Shown here: positions 53,101-59,479 of the stretch, in pieces
Position numbering within the stretch: the stretch's first letter is position 1
How the letters are laid out: every line of letters begins with the position of its first letter
DNA from: a virus
Taxonomy: Duplodnaviria; Caudoviricetes
Strand: one strand, 5' to 3'
DNA: 64,000 nucleotides
Virus record (IMG/VR): IMGVR_UViG_3300032285_001531
Translations under genes and position numbers: made by a program
Notes under the pieces: generated by a model
Database searches by the model: none
What the model saw: only the letters and a program-made list of their open reading frames with translations
Told to the model about the DNA's origin: nothing

Positions 53101-54579
53101 GTAATTGATATTGAAACCGAATATGTAAACTTTACATTATGTGGTACTACACAAATTAATAACTTACCGCAACGTGATTATAGTATACCTGAATTACAAG
53201 TATTCCAATATATATCCGGTGCTCAAACATTTACACTTACAAATTATGTAGGAGATTCTAATCCAACCAATGCATTAGTTGAACTGAATGGAGTTAGATT
53301 AGTTCCTACTGTAGACTACACTATTATTAGTGTAACGTTGACTGTAATAACTTCATTATCTGCCGACGATGTAATTGCAGTGACAACTTTTGCAGACACC
53401 TCATCACAATATTTTGTTACTGATGAAGAAAACACAATTAACACATCTCCTATCGTTAACATCAATACATTGACAGTACCGGTAGTAGTAACTACCAATA
53501 AGAATACTGGATTTATTAGTGGTGATTCAATTATAATGGATGGTATTACTGGATCTACTCAGTTAAACGACATATTAAAATATGTTAAACCACTAGCAAC
53601 TTATGTTGAAGGTGCAACAACATATTACCCATATGAATTGTATGATGATCCAGATTTCTTATATCCTGTTATTCCTAACTTAACCGGCAAATATACCGGT
53701 GGGGGATATATTTGGAAGGCCTCAGATACTTTCCAAATCTCAAATACCAATTTTGATTTAACCGATGTAAACAGATTGTTTGTGACTGTAAGTGGACTTA
53801 GAATAACTCCTGATAAATTACGTATAAACACAAACAACAATTTACTTAATATCATTACTGATATAAGTGTAGGTGATACAGTATTGGTTACAAGCTTTAT
53901 GCCTACAGCGACACCAGATGAGGAAAGTTATTTGTTAAGTATTGATAGAAACGGTAATGCTTCAGTATACAATGCAAATATTAACAATAGAACATGGATA
54001 ACACAACCATTATATTTTAATGATACAGCAATTCATTTATTTGATGTATCTAAGTTAATTGATACCAAAACTATTAACATAGTAGCACAAAGTGACGGGA
54101 CTAAAATTTATGTTGATTTACCATATTTAATTGATGATATTAAGCAAATCTCTATAGAAAATAATAGTACCTTTACAACTATTTCTTACAGTACTCCGAC
54201 AAATCCATATGGAGCATATCTAGAGGTTCAGGATTCAGTAACTAAATTGATATTCCCTAGCATAGAAAATGTAAGTGCGGGTAATAATTTAACATTGACT
54301 TTACGTTTTGGGGATAAATTAACAATCAACGGGGAAAAGATTTTCTTCAGTATAGTTAATTATCAGGATAATACAGTATCAGGATTGATTCGAGGGGTAG
54401 ACGGTACACCGACCCGAGAATTCCACGAAACTAATAGTTTTGTTTACGGACTATCAGTAATAGATAGACTCCCTGACTATTACTATAACAAGACTTGGAA
54501 CAGTGAAATCTACAGTAATTTGGGTGATCCGCTACAAATAAGCAACACTTACCCAGCAAGATTCCTAAAAGCAAGGTAA
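38188..54579 (+). CDS. Giant baseplate wedge/adhesin protein (5,463 aa), gp7-like position
   Basis: A single 16.4-kb ORF directly after gp6. Contains FG-GAP-like blades (FGYSLS..DGTKLFVGAP, ELIIGAPYD, MIGSPN) and Asp-box-like SxDGxxW repeats. Confidence 0.85.
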   Translation: MVTKVRTLDFLPDIFKTVPNQAFLSATLDQLVQQPDTQKIQGYIGRKFEYGITPSSYYVTEPNKTRSNYQLEPAIIFTQKDTSKATDFITYPEIIDALRVEGSPVNNNSNLFANEFYSWDSFTDLDKLTNFSQYYWLPTGPDSVEVRPTAIPVSSVYTLTSYIHYYQFTKDNELIPEINPTITLARGGEYYFGVDQKTDFYIQTMPGINGIDPQRNNVSTREVFGVSNNGQSKGVVTFKVPYANAQSGDVYEGLVKVDLVTTLAFNDIDGRRLSEIGTIDGVNQLLDRTLMFYGDKNSKYVNVDSFYDFTSYDQSQPVEVGFDQTIPLQLNDFFYRIVYESLDIPNDPIIRLESAGTIPINTNIQVLIGKDYSNKKFVKNVYGEIALIPQITAPLDTLYYQDSVDPLRFGVIKLIDLETDNYLNIENEILGKIGYTSPNNVKFTNGLKVNFAGNVIPASFKGKDYYVDGVGSKIVLLPVNEFVVPEPFSTGIYTAYDAAPYDLTVYSDILETPTIPDYITISRNSRSRNPWTRSNRWFHKDVIQETINHTSSSVLLSIINNETNRAKRPIIEFYPNIKLYNSGTDSKQPIDFIDFVETNGLANVAGRELVVTTGINGGTNAIQVNDTSTMTAGQAISFTGDMFTSLGVVTVDANVIYYVKEILSGTDFTISETLGGPVFDVATSITPVTIIPYCVDGKAVFDGAKVVFAVDSNIDARDKIYIVKFVTLHGGTRYYITLTKAPDGDVQYNDQTVVLFGNTAKGKSFYYDGSNWIEAQSKTLVNQPPLFDVYDKNGTSFGDQTYYNSSDFTGITLFQYAVGTGNDDPVLGFPLKYSSVNNVGDISFEVSLNTQSFHYVLNGLPVTEAVNEGYPIIYSDRSTYENQLGWQTAASPSFQYQAFEFTYYPANNNTFFVCDVPVKPVNETAWPVIRVTMGETVLDSTMYTYTVTGSTTTVTFASTPLVEIPVQILIYSDKVSATAYYVIPTNLENNIFNNEVSTLNLGDIRNHFQTIFLNSEKLTGSAFGANNYRDVPNLLRYGTKIIQNSAPLTIAGALLRNKSFSLLESLSFNSNEYVKFKSLLIDTINKTDYTVYQSDASILDDALSQISSYKTDVNAFFWSDMLPSRSSYISNTYKFSTFVDTTNFQLSRIYDFSSANYYGVLIYLSRTVDGVPRTIQLVKDIDYQISSTEAQVTIFTDLIPNDLIIINEYNQTYGSFVPNTPSKLGFYPISVPEVVYDETYISPAYFIKGHDGSYTKLYGDYIDGYLVDFRDRALYEFELRVYNNIKVKAKIPVTADEVIPGQFRTTNFTYDEILGLYSTYFLNWIGKNRIDYKSQYYSMNNPYTYNYNQSANKLDNTQINQGNWRGMYNWFFDTTTPNLTPWEMIGHANKPSWWDARYGASPYTSDNMLLWQDMEAGIDYNNGSPFVNPARVRPGLSKVLPVDSMGNLVDPMNSVVGNYDNLTFNRDWRVGDWGPAEYSYIKSSTYPFDLIKLLALCKPAKFFALGEDLDHYKFNTEFNQYLYDNRFRFSTVNAVKYGSGVAQHSYLDWVVDYIQSSGNTGYDVLTNILTNLDVRLVYRMAGFSDKDLLKFYVDKGTPNSKNNSLLIPDESYSVILHENQPFDTVTYSSVIVQKTDTGYKVFGNSQNKIYFTTYTPLLNGKYDKLTVGGETVTVTKDYIKKELIIPYNTEFPTIQALSEFLSNYGKYLTDHGFVFDVIDRGILVDWNSMIKEVLYWTQSGWEVGAIINLNPAAKRIVINKESSIVQPLTLQDQNYILNQDLIPIQIKDMNVNRNGTEFSADILNENDTASYFIANLSNIEHAIVFDNTTLFNDLIYDPNTGLRQYRILVKGVKTAEWTGTMDTKGFILNQDNIQEWQANSRYSKGVIIKYKNVYWAADDIIQPASTFQQALWKRVDYEKIQKGLLPNASSRAYESTLYYDSNSANLESDADLLGFSIIGYRPRNYLAAANLDDISQVNLYKTMVVEKGSKNAVSAIQNITLQTGGIQYETYENWAINVGQYGGILNQNFIEFTLNQNQLSGNPAIIGITKDTEVPGATQIVPLNALTNYGRSITDANILPLLDPATTNKLPSAGYVNFNDVRMYSYTYLGLNNTTLPVDQLNKNEYIWVADYKNEWQVYTPEAITFAGSPSQVINITNNLNSTATVTFDNPHGLVKDDLFIIQNYSDLLDGFYIVNQVGSITTVVVDISLSATAQTSTQSVGLAAKMISARITESNDIINTDFLNSEFVTSKLWVDQAVNGGWAVYKKTLNYQRTNFVDKPEVTVSFGSAVAYDTKLGYFISDADDGKLYRYTYSVVSQDYSLVDTISVSTGYGSAIAHSNDMMAVTLPGSTSYVYIYSLEQTKNIEAVVQQQIITITGKIAGYKIAMSGDKKYLFVPATNNAQVLVYRLDNNYTYTSTGYATNANIAIGDQTFTIAGNHTAIYNEGDKVTFANTNGTTVYKFIKAYYDSANSQTVYSIEGNFSENISSGTTAYKATYRYTSVGTVSVGGLGSSDNFGYSLSTNYDGTKLFVGAPNQDYSFNYTDEGYAYIFNRVVQNFYQSYASLTDASTTYTLAYAATNTPVVLLNEEVVDPTNYTVYTSAIDTYGSLVAGSGYTNGQYSIALTNLTGSGTGAVAQITVSGGAVTNLWLRNRGSGYAIGNELTAALPAGSSFKITVTAIKNLLTLNVPVNAGDIVTFSSGDFIQSQTLVGHDIIANPKVGVLFGRSMSNNTSGNELIIGAPYDVTNTGIEGSVYRFTNEAQKYGMIKGTTTVTLASPTSILINGYAVTLPVGIDNIISTINNAILPNIQASKTTDNKLIISLIDATLSPSNNKLNITVFDSAVYGYLGFNLYTKTQVLHDINQQNATQFGYELKFNEYNSFVVSSLVGTRYSLTSFDFTDDGNYTNDTIFDNNFTMFVDTLPNAGCAYMYDYIPTYNENIDSVGQFVLAQTVNDVITDIGNTEYYGETIAFNNYVVMIGSPNFKPGTDDGRVNIFYNQANEQDWAIYRSAGSVVDVNKLQNIQIFNNRDSSMLSTLDYIDPLQGKLFGVVRENLDFISDNDPAGYNTSTVNNKVVWGSDYVGSMWLDTSAIRFVDYHQQDLVYNSRYWGTVFPGSTVAVYTWTENDVPPITFTSTGTPYELDSYTMLSTVTNTGAVLTKYYYWVRNTDTVYAGNSLSDNVIESYITNPLGSGIPFFAAYAQNEFGLYNSAEFIQSTDSSLHIGYKQGTNDDVPHNEFQLIRDGYADDFLHGLPSLYNPVIEPEGLYRKLLDSLSGTDVRGNELPDPFLPKLLQIGTQVRPRQSFFVDRLMALQNYCMYANSVMIQFPIVEMKNPSFSGLFKATSGQNAPAFFTTYGEFYDTANYWEYVNWWATGYSDATRTDVEVPKYYDLSTLVPFTNMVAGVISNSDGKREVYVYNGIEWERVGLQLGTIQIKESLWNYTINKIGFGDNFFDTDLYDYFPSVETENIVRGLTEEVFTGDMAIYRNRSLILLFEYIITESQNYGGYLTWLNKTSFLDVQHTLRELVQSKNFQRDNDDFLYGYINEVKPYRVVLKEFSLRYTKTEVYDGDISDFDLPASYNATLDRFISPQLVFTENYKTGEYLPSDTIWQDNLYNQWFNNYGVILSSIPNYNLGTLKYFISVTSREIVVDNAFGYPTVGILQIDDEIISYTGVDRDRGILYGVIRAENNTVAAVHYPGTKIYTDLPGAVVFYTGRGYTDAPVITAYIDTNIYPVPNQKAVLKAIMSGDIVVGVEIVNPGAGYAVTPDIIVEPSIVSTFGSIDVNYISNTILVLYDNFITGDLVKYTAGTSRILGLIDGDYYYVGLTEYVGVTKPAPTGETSGSLTPIALYTSKIDAINDSHRVVMIQAGESTDNKLSLGARIIPISSNKPTRQLTTKLKFDRTSYRPQVVEWEPNGFYGALYDTRGNDASYAALLSTSIDYYSVTGETSASGHDAVFNIFNWVYGGGNNPPTFVSSGNNYGVYTGDVNSAGLDYALSDTIIILGTSLGGTSPANDCTILVTSVGVDGSILGIEVSGIPPTVYQASLQGSTVKILSVTTESGTGDTLVSLDYANSSLYPAVISGAQVYFYKSTHLTPYVYDDTINDGAVIWIYSPRLFGLSVSNQYYIEIKDAGIIYSTGDTITITGDLLGGTSPANDLIITITYADPGTGAIVFYSLNGVTVDLYELYFVKPINSTQVKLYTSSTLLSPVIGSIDFTTNDVVFYPEPIAGKPGYSQPMISLVAYNNKLYRCIESNTDTEFDYAKWELLYSDDPMINALDRTLTYYQPTESMPGKNLPLLMSGLEYPNSTYTGNKFDQAITLDVILNDKPFYPSNIDVAAIVWDGNQFVAVGNTTKYVIQEVLNATASLNVNVVYVELPYAYDSIKKVSVFNATRNITVSSDNVELVLTDTYPQLIFTNQVLEGDTLVITTYFGDNEGYSIVLHSSNGVDWSFKKLSDQFLDVKDIIYSGSFYVVATNNIDTPLIISYDSYSWTSVGSYTGYDIFEYDSAGFDTASVQSPKDQLNSVAYYNNQYVSVGKNILSSINATTWDQSFSFGSRLTNTIKSVSYINGTYPAFNGFIAVGYGDTVTGNENTPYPNIVQYTRVLLSYDGINWNNVFTGLQSKWSVVFGSDTTIIAASENGEIYYSNNGSNWVQATINGAPVTASFNHGIFAANNYILVGDKGTVVYSADGITWTQVPSISNNNLRKISYNGLYSNASYFIVVGDKSTILKSANLQNWENETYINTEDTFYAVKGDPFLSGYGPEELVPGLIYDNLSMVVRSTPGSLWDPLEYNNYGFFMKGKTVVYDGNQVVELEDGTTQFSFADLMLNPAQVAVYTIDVQNYDQATRIYEVNSVDNPTAVTIIESIDWVNKTVTISSGFNYGAYNIYVEVYGVGAGNQQAKGSSDSVPVYYDSKLDVSYIETDYPYDPNAYLVPLVYVNGIKKTFNVDYVIVPSFNSSIQIQFNSVIDIETEYVNFTLCGTTQINNLPQRDYSIPELQVFQYISGAQTFTLTNYVGDSNPTNALVELNGVRLVPTVDYTIISVTLTVITSLSADDVIAVTTFADTSSQYFVTDEENTINTSPIVNINTLTVPVVVTTNKNTGFISGDSIIMDGITGSTQLNDILKYVKPLATYVEGATTYYPYELYDDPDFLYPVIPNLTGKYTGGGYIWKASDTFQISNTNFDLTDVNRLFVTVSGLRITPDKLRINTNNNLLNIITDISVGDTVLVTSFMPTATPDEESYLLSIDRNGNASVYNANINNRTWITQPLYFNDTAIHLFDVSKLIDTKTINIVAQSDGTKIYVDLPYLIDDIKQISIENNSTFTTISYSTPTNPYGAYLEVQDSVTKLIFPSIENVSAGNNLTLTLRFGDKLTINGEKIFFSIVNYQDNTVSGLIRGVDGTPTREFHETNSFVYGLSVIDRLPDYYYNKTWNSEIYSNLGDPLQISNTYPARFLKAR

Positions 54580-54587
54580 TTATGAGT

Positions 54588-54595
54588 GATAAATA
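54588..54595 (+). promoter_or_regulatory. Late promoter GATAAATA (4 nt before ATG 54600)
   Basis: Motif match. Confidence 0.7.
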
Positions 54596-54599
54596 TAAT

Positions 54600-54740
54600 A
54601 TGACAGAAAACAAAGAAAAAGAGCAGGAAAAAGCTATCCCTACTCCTGACGAGAAGGGCGGATTCATTTTTAGCTCAGTTTTAAAAGTTTTTGACCCTAA
54701 CACAAACGAAATATTAGTACAAAAAAGAGGTGACGATTAA
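54600..54740 (+). CDS. 46-aa protein MTENKEKEQEKAIPTPDEKGGFIFSSVLKVFDPNTNEILVQKRGDD (below the ORF-track cutoff)
   Basis: Own late promoter, TAATG coupling to the next gene, and similarity to that gene's N-terminus. Confidence 0.7.
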   Translation: MTENKEKEQEKAIPTPDEKGGFIFSSVLKVFDPNTNEILVQKRGDD

Positions 54741-55360
54741 TGTCAACGATAAACTATCAGCTAAAAATAGAAGGCTTTCTAAAAATTACAGATCCCACAA
54801 CTGGTGAGGTTATAGTAGATAAAAAGAATGCTATACATTACGAGAACATTTCAGAGGCCATCGCTGACACACTAAGCAGTCGCGGATACGGTGGAATCTA
54901 CAAAATGGCTTTTGGTAATGGCGGTGCAAGTATTGACAGTACAGGTGTTATTACATATTTACCGCCCAATACTACAGGACAAAATGCTGCATTATATAAT
55001 CAAACTTATACTAAAGTAGTAGACGATACTAGCGTATTAAACTCAGACCCAGCTAGAAATCGTATGATTGTTTCACATACTGTGGGCAAAGTATACAGCG
55101 ATATACTTATACAATGCTTACTAGATTACGGTGAGCCTTCAGGGCAGAGTGCATTTGATAATGGAACGCAGTTAGAATCTACGTTTACATTTGACGAAAT
55201 TGGATTACTTGCTGATTACGGAACAGACACAGCAGGGAACGAACAGACAAGATTATTGACACATGTGATTTTTCACCCTGTGCAAAAGAGTTTAAACAGA
55301 CAAATTCAGATAGATTATACTGTCCGAATTCAGAGTTTAACAAATCTAGTCGTAACGTAA
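54740..55360 (+). CDS. Baseplate/fibre-attachment structural protein (206 aa)
   Basis: EGFLKITDPTTGEVIVDKKNAI, MAFGNGG and FTFDEIGLL..LLTHVIF.P..KSLNRQIQIDY resemble tail-collar/fibre-attachment proteins. Confidence 0.6.
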   Translation: MSTINYQLKIEGFLKITDPTTGEVIVDKKNAIHYENISEAIADTLSSRGYGGIYKMAFGNGGASIDSTGVITYLPPNTTGQNAALYNQTYTKVVDDTSVLNSDPARNRMIVSHTVGKVYSDILIQCLLDYGEPSGQSAFDNGTQLESTFTFDEIGLLADYGTDTAGNEQTRLLTHVIFHPVQKSLNRQIQIDYTVRIQSLTNLVVT

Positions 55361-55368
55361 GATAAATA
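55361..55368 (+). promoter_or_regulatory. Late promoter GATAAATA
   Basis: Motif match, followed by a GGAG RBS before ATG 55401. Confidence 0.75.
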
Positions 55369-55400
55369 CTTAAACTTTACAAAATCGGAGTAAAAAGACA

Positions 55401-56597
55401 ATGGCATATACAATTAGAAGAAGTGACGGTAACGTACTTTGCACAATTCAAGACGGTACAATCAATACTACAAGTTCAAGTTTGGGCTTACCTGGCAGAA
55501 ATAAATCTAGCTACGGTGAAGTTTTAGACACAAACTTTGTAAAACAGTTAGAAAGCTATGCGGCTGCAAGCCCGCCAGCTAACCCATTAAGAGGTCAGCT
55601 TTGGTTCAACACTACATCTAATGTTTTATGCGTCTGTCCTGCAGATAATACACTGGTTGCAAGCAACTGGATCACATTGACTTCAACTTCAAATGGTAGT
55701 ATCACAACAGGTAATATTACAGCGAACGGCAACATTGCAGCCAATAATGTAACTGTTACTGGTGGATTCTTTGGTGATACTATTAGTGTTAGATTAGCTA
55801 CAGTAAGTGATACAGTGACTTCAGTTAATGCAAATATTACTACTGCTAATATTTCAACTGCAAGAATTACATCAATTACTACTGGAGCGACAACTACTGC
55901 CGGTACAATAACTGGTCAATACACTGTATATGGAAATTCTAGCGGTAATGCGATGTATTTTCAAACAGGTAACATTACTTTTGCAACAAGTAGTATTAAC
56001 GGTATTAAGTGCGATAACTATATGTACGCAAATGGTGTTTCATTTAATCCAGCAGGTACCTATAATAATTCAAACGTTTATACTTACTTGAACGGTGGTA
56101 CATTTACCGGTAACATTACACCAGCTAAAGTCACAACTGCTGAATTAGCAGGTGGTGGTAATATTAGTGGTATATGGCAATTAAGTCCAGGTGCACGATT
56201 ACAAGCAACATACGCTGACTTGGCAGAACGTTTTGAAGCTGATACTGCATATGATGCAGGTACAGTTGTTGAATTGGGCGGATTAAAAGAAATTACGGCT
56301 GTTATTGATGAATTGAGTGATAAAGTATTCGGTGTTATAAGTTCAACTGCTGCGTATATGATGAATAGCATGGCAGGAGATGATAAAACTCATCCACCGG
56401 TTGCGATTAGTGGTCGTGTGCCAGTTAAAGTAATAGGTAAAGTTAAAAAAGGTGATCGTTTAGTTAGTGCAGGTAATGGTACTGCTAGAGCAGCTAAGAA
56501 AGATGAAGCTACGTCATTCAATACAATTGGTAGAAGTTTAACTGATAAAACAACTGATGGTTTAGGCGAAGTTACTGCTATTGTTATAATTAATTAA
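55401..56597 (+). CDS. Short tail fibre with a C-terminal intramolecular chaperone/autoproteolytic (Peptidase_G2-like) domain (398 aa)
   Basis: N-terminal PPANPLRGQLWFNT; C-terminal YADLAE..GTVV...FGVIS...VAISGRVPVKVIG.VKKGD.LVSAG. Confidence 0.75.
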   Translation: MAYTIRRSDGNVLCTIQDGTINTTSSSLGLPGRNKSSYGEVLDTNFVKQLESYAAASPPANPLRGQLWFNTTSNVLCVCPADNTLVASNWITLTSTSNGSITTGNITANGNIAANNVTVTGGFFGDTISVRLATVSDTVTSVNANITTANISTARITSITTGATTTAGTITGQYTVYGNSSGNAMYFQTGNITFATSSINGIKCDNYMYANGVSFNPAGTYNNSNVYTYLNGGTFTGNITPAKVTTAELAGGGNISGIWQLSPGARLQATYADLAERFEADTAYDAGTVVELGGLKEITAVIDELSDKVFGVISSTAAYMMNSMAGDDKTHPPVAISGRVPVKVIGKVKKGDRLVSAGNGTARAAKKDEATSFNTIGRSLTDKTTDGLGEVTAIVIIN

Positions 56598-56606
56598 GGA
56601 TTAATA

Positions 56607-57602
56607 ATGACATATCAAAAATATGGCCGTATTGAAGCTACTGATTATAATAGTTATACCGGAACTACCTCAAGTGTAACAGCTAATCAACTTAACACTA
56701 TTCTTGGGGTTGGGAATGCGGCAAAGGGCTGGGGACAAACTGTAGTTCCGCAGGTAGTAGCAAATGACTCAACATATCAAATTACCGCAGCACAATGGAA
56801 TGCTTTAATAAACGGAATAGCAAATGTAGCGTTACATCAAGGCTCAACAGTTACATCTATTGCATTAGATAGTACAGGTGATTTAATTTCTGCAGCAATG
56901 ACAGCCGGAGCTAGCCCTCAATCAATTTTTGCTAATAATTTAGTAACTGTATACACTAATAGAAATAATTGTGCAGCACAAGGAGCATCTCAAACAAGTA
57001 CACTTGTTCAAGGAAGAAATTGGGATCAACGATTAACATTTACTCATACTATTACTTTTGGTACTCCTGATCAGGCTAGATATTTTTTCAATGCAGGTGG
57101 ACAAATTTCATTTACTTTCAGTCATCCTAACGGTACTGGTGTTAATAGTATGTGGAATGATTTGGCAACTGCTTGTGGAACTGTAACTTTCAGTTCACCT
57201 ATAAACGGGGTAGTTAATATCGCAGGATTAAACTTCAATGGTGTAACAAAGACAAACGGCACAGGTGCTGCAATAATTAATAGTAATTACGGTTACTATG
57301 CGTTATCAGCAGTTGATGTTGGCATTTTCCAACAAACTGCAACTGTAGGTCCAGCGGGATATGTTGCTAGTAATATTTCTATATTAGCAAGAAGTAACGG
57401 TGTGCAAGGCATTAATGGCGATACAGGAAGTACTATAACATTTACTACTATTTGGGATGAAATTCCAGACGGTGGAGCAACAGTTTTAGGTACAGCATCA
57501 GCAGGATCAACAGTTACATGTACAGTGAAGCCACCAGGTACTACTTACATTAGTAAATCTTGGGGTACTATCGGTATTTCAGCTTACGTATCAGACGCAT
57601 AA
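56607..57602 (+). CDS. Virion structural protein, probably fibre-associated (331 aa)
   Basis: Thr/Gly/Asn-rich beta protein with an ARYFFNAGGQI motif; AAGGA RBS; located in the fibre cluster. Confidence 0.6.
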   Translation: MTYQKYGRIEATDYNSYTGTTSSVTANQLNTILGVGNAAKGWGQTVVPQVVANDSTYQITAAQWNALINGIANVALHQGSTVTSIALDSTGDLISAAMTAGASPQSIFANNLVTVYTNRNNCAAQGASQTSTLVQGRNWDQRLTFTHTITFGTPDQARYFFNAGGQISFTFSHPNGTGVNSMWNDLATACGTVTFSSPINGVVNIAGLNFNGVTKTNGTGAAIINSNYGYYALSAVDVGIFQQTATVGPAGYVASNISILARSNGVQGINGDTGSTITFTTIWDEIPDGGATVLGTASAGSTVTCTVKPPGTTYISKSWGTIGISAYVSDA

Positions 57603-57610
57603 TATTTCGG

Positions 57611-57639
57611 GTAAACTATTTAGATTCTAAATAGTTTAC
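57611..57639. promoter_or_regulatory. 29-bp perfect palindrome holding back-to-back TCTAAATA late-promoter motifs
   Basis: gtaaactatttaga-t-tctaaatagtttac. Confidence 0.75.
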
Positions 57640-57640
57640 T

Positions 57641-57946
57641 ATGGAAATAAACAAACTACTATCAGAAACCAAAGCTAGATTTGAACACAATTTAGCTAAA
57701 TCATATTTAAAAGAAAAATATCAAAATAGTTTAATTTTCGCAGACCAAGGTGGTTTGTGGAAAGCCTCACCAGAATTACTTTCACTACTTGAGACTAGTA
57801 GTGCTGAAACAGTGATTCTAATAGATACATATGACAATCCAGTTAAAGTTAACAGAGATTCTTTACTACAAAAAGCCTATACCATTTATTTAAATGCGAC
57901 AGAAGAATATTACAACGAGTGGGTTGAGTTAAGAAAGCAACGATGA
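57641..57946 (+). CDS. Small helical protein, possible tail-fibre assembly chaperone (101 aa)
   Basis: Clean ORF heading a tightly coupled operon; function inferred from position and size. Confidence 0.5.
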   Translation: MEINKLLSETKARFEHNLAKSYLKEKYQNSLIFADQGGLWKASPELLSLLETSSAETVILIDTYDNPVKVNRDSLLQKAYTIYLNATEEYYNEWVELRKQR

Positions 57947-58716
57947 CTAAAGGTGTATTACTATTTGCCTTTAACACACCAGAAGTTGATTATGTTAAAA
58001 TGGCTAACATATCTGCAGAACGAGTTAATCGTTTTTTAAACTTGCCTGTAACTTTAATAACAGATACCACTCCTAAGTTAGACAACTATAAATTTGACCA
58101 AATAGTATTATTAGACAGTGATAATTCTAATATAAAAGGCAATAAAGTTTGGAAAAATAAAGGCAGATATAATGCATTTGATTTATCCCCGTACGATGAA
58201 ACACTCTTGTTAGATGTTGATTATATAGTAAACTCAAATCAATTAAACAAGGTTTTTGATTTTTATGATGATTTTTGTTGTCATAGAACTACACACTTTC
58301 TAATGCAAACCAATTCTGAAGAAGAATTTATGGGAACACACAGTCAGCAAATACTATGGGCAACTGTAGCATTCTTTAAAAAAACAACTCGCATGAAATT
58401 ATTTTTTGATTGTGTAAAAATGGTACAAGAAAATTATACTCATTATGTTAATTTACACGGTATGCTGTCTATTACATTTAGAAATGACTATGCATTTACT
58501 ATAGCAAATAGAATTATAAATGGGCATATTGATGATCCTACAGACTTCATTCCGTGGAATCTAACACATGTTGGTAAGGATGTTACAGTGGTTAGAGAGT
58601 CTGATGCTGAGTATAGATTATATTCTAAGAAAGCAAAAAAGTCATTTATAAAAATAAAAGATTTTGACTTTCATATGTTGGACAAAGAAAACTTTATGGA
58701 GCTGTTTAATGAATAA
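57943..58716 (+). CDS. GT-A fold nucleotide-sugar transferase-like protein (257 aa)
   Basis: Y..MA..SA..V N-terminus, SPYDETLLLDVDYIV (DxD), WATV.FFKK and FRNDYAFTIA. Confidence 0.65.
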   Translation: MTKGVLLFAFNTPEVDYVKMANISAERVNRFLNLPVTLITDTTPKLDNYKFDQIVLLDSDNSNIKGNKVWKNKGRYNAFDLSPYDETLLLDVDYIVNSNQLNKVFDFYDDFCCHRTTHFLMQTNSEEEFMGTHSQQILWATVAFFKKTTRMKLFFDCVKMVQENYTHYVNLHGMLSITFRNDYAFTIANRIINGHIDDPTDFIPWNLTHVGKDVTVVRESDAEYRLYSKKAKKSFIKIKDFDFHMLDKENFMELFNE

Positions 58717-59479
58717 GGGCTTTGTTATAATGGCACAAAATACAGAATTAACTGATTACGTAAAATGTGCAACTGTATTATCCGACAGTATTAAACGTGT
58801 TATGCCAGATGCTAATGTTACTATTATAACAACAGATATGTTACCGCATGGGGATTTAGCTCCTAATAGTGATTGGAAACTAGTCAATGATTGGCAAGTA
58901 TATGAAGCAAGCCCATACGAGTATACAATAAAATTAGAAGCAGATATGTATATACCTCGCAGTATTGATTATTGGTGGGATATATTAAAAGATAGAGAAG
59001 TGGTAATATCTAGTACAATAAGAAATTTTAAACAGGATATTAATGAGAATAGGGCTTATAGACAATTCATCTATAATAATAATTTGCCCAATGTGTACAA
59101 TGCAATTACATATTTTAAAAAATCTGAACTAGCAGAAAACTTTTTTAAAACTGTTAAACAAGTATTTGATAATTGGGAAGAATTTAAAAACATATTGAAA
59201 TGCAAACCTGATGAAGTTGCAACGACTGATTGGGCATATGCAATTGCATGCCATTTGCACGGAGAAGAAAATACAACAATGCCTATCTTTACAGACATGA
59301 GCATGGTTCATATGAAAAAATTTATAAATCGTCTTTATGGTGAAGATTGGACAAATGAACTAGTGTATGAAATTAATCCTAATTGCTTGCGTATTAATAC
59401 TTTCCCCCAAATATATCCATTTCACTATCATATTAAAGATTTTGCAACTATAATAGAAGATGCACATGCAATTACCTGA
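58709..59479 (+). CDS. Paralogous GT-A-like protein (~256 aa)
   Basis: SPYEYTIKLEADMYI (ExD), YNAITYFKK and TDWAYAIA; aligns with the upstream gene. Start placed at 58709 (MNKGFVIMAQ). Confidence 0.65.
   Translation: MNKGFVIMAQNTELTDYVKCATVLSDSIKRVMPDANVTIITTDMLPHGDLAPNSDWKLVNDWQVYEASPYEYTIKLEADMYIPRSIDYWWDILKDREVVISSTIRNFKQDINENRAYRQFIYNNNLPNVYNAITYFKKSELAENFFKTVKQVFDNWEEFKNILKCKPDEVATTDWAYAIACHLHGEENTTMPIFTDMSMVHMKKFINRLYGEDWTNELVYEINPNCLRINTFPQIYPFHYHIKDFATIIEDAHAIT

Noticed and set aside
38737-54703. Small minus-strand ORFs, and 49922-50158 (+), within the giant gene
   Set aside because: Shadow or alternate-frame ORFs with no RBS or promoter.
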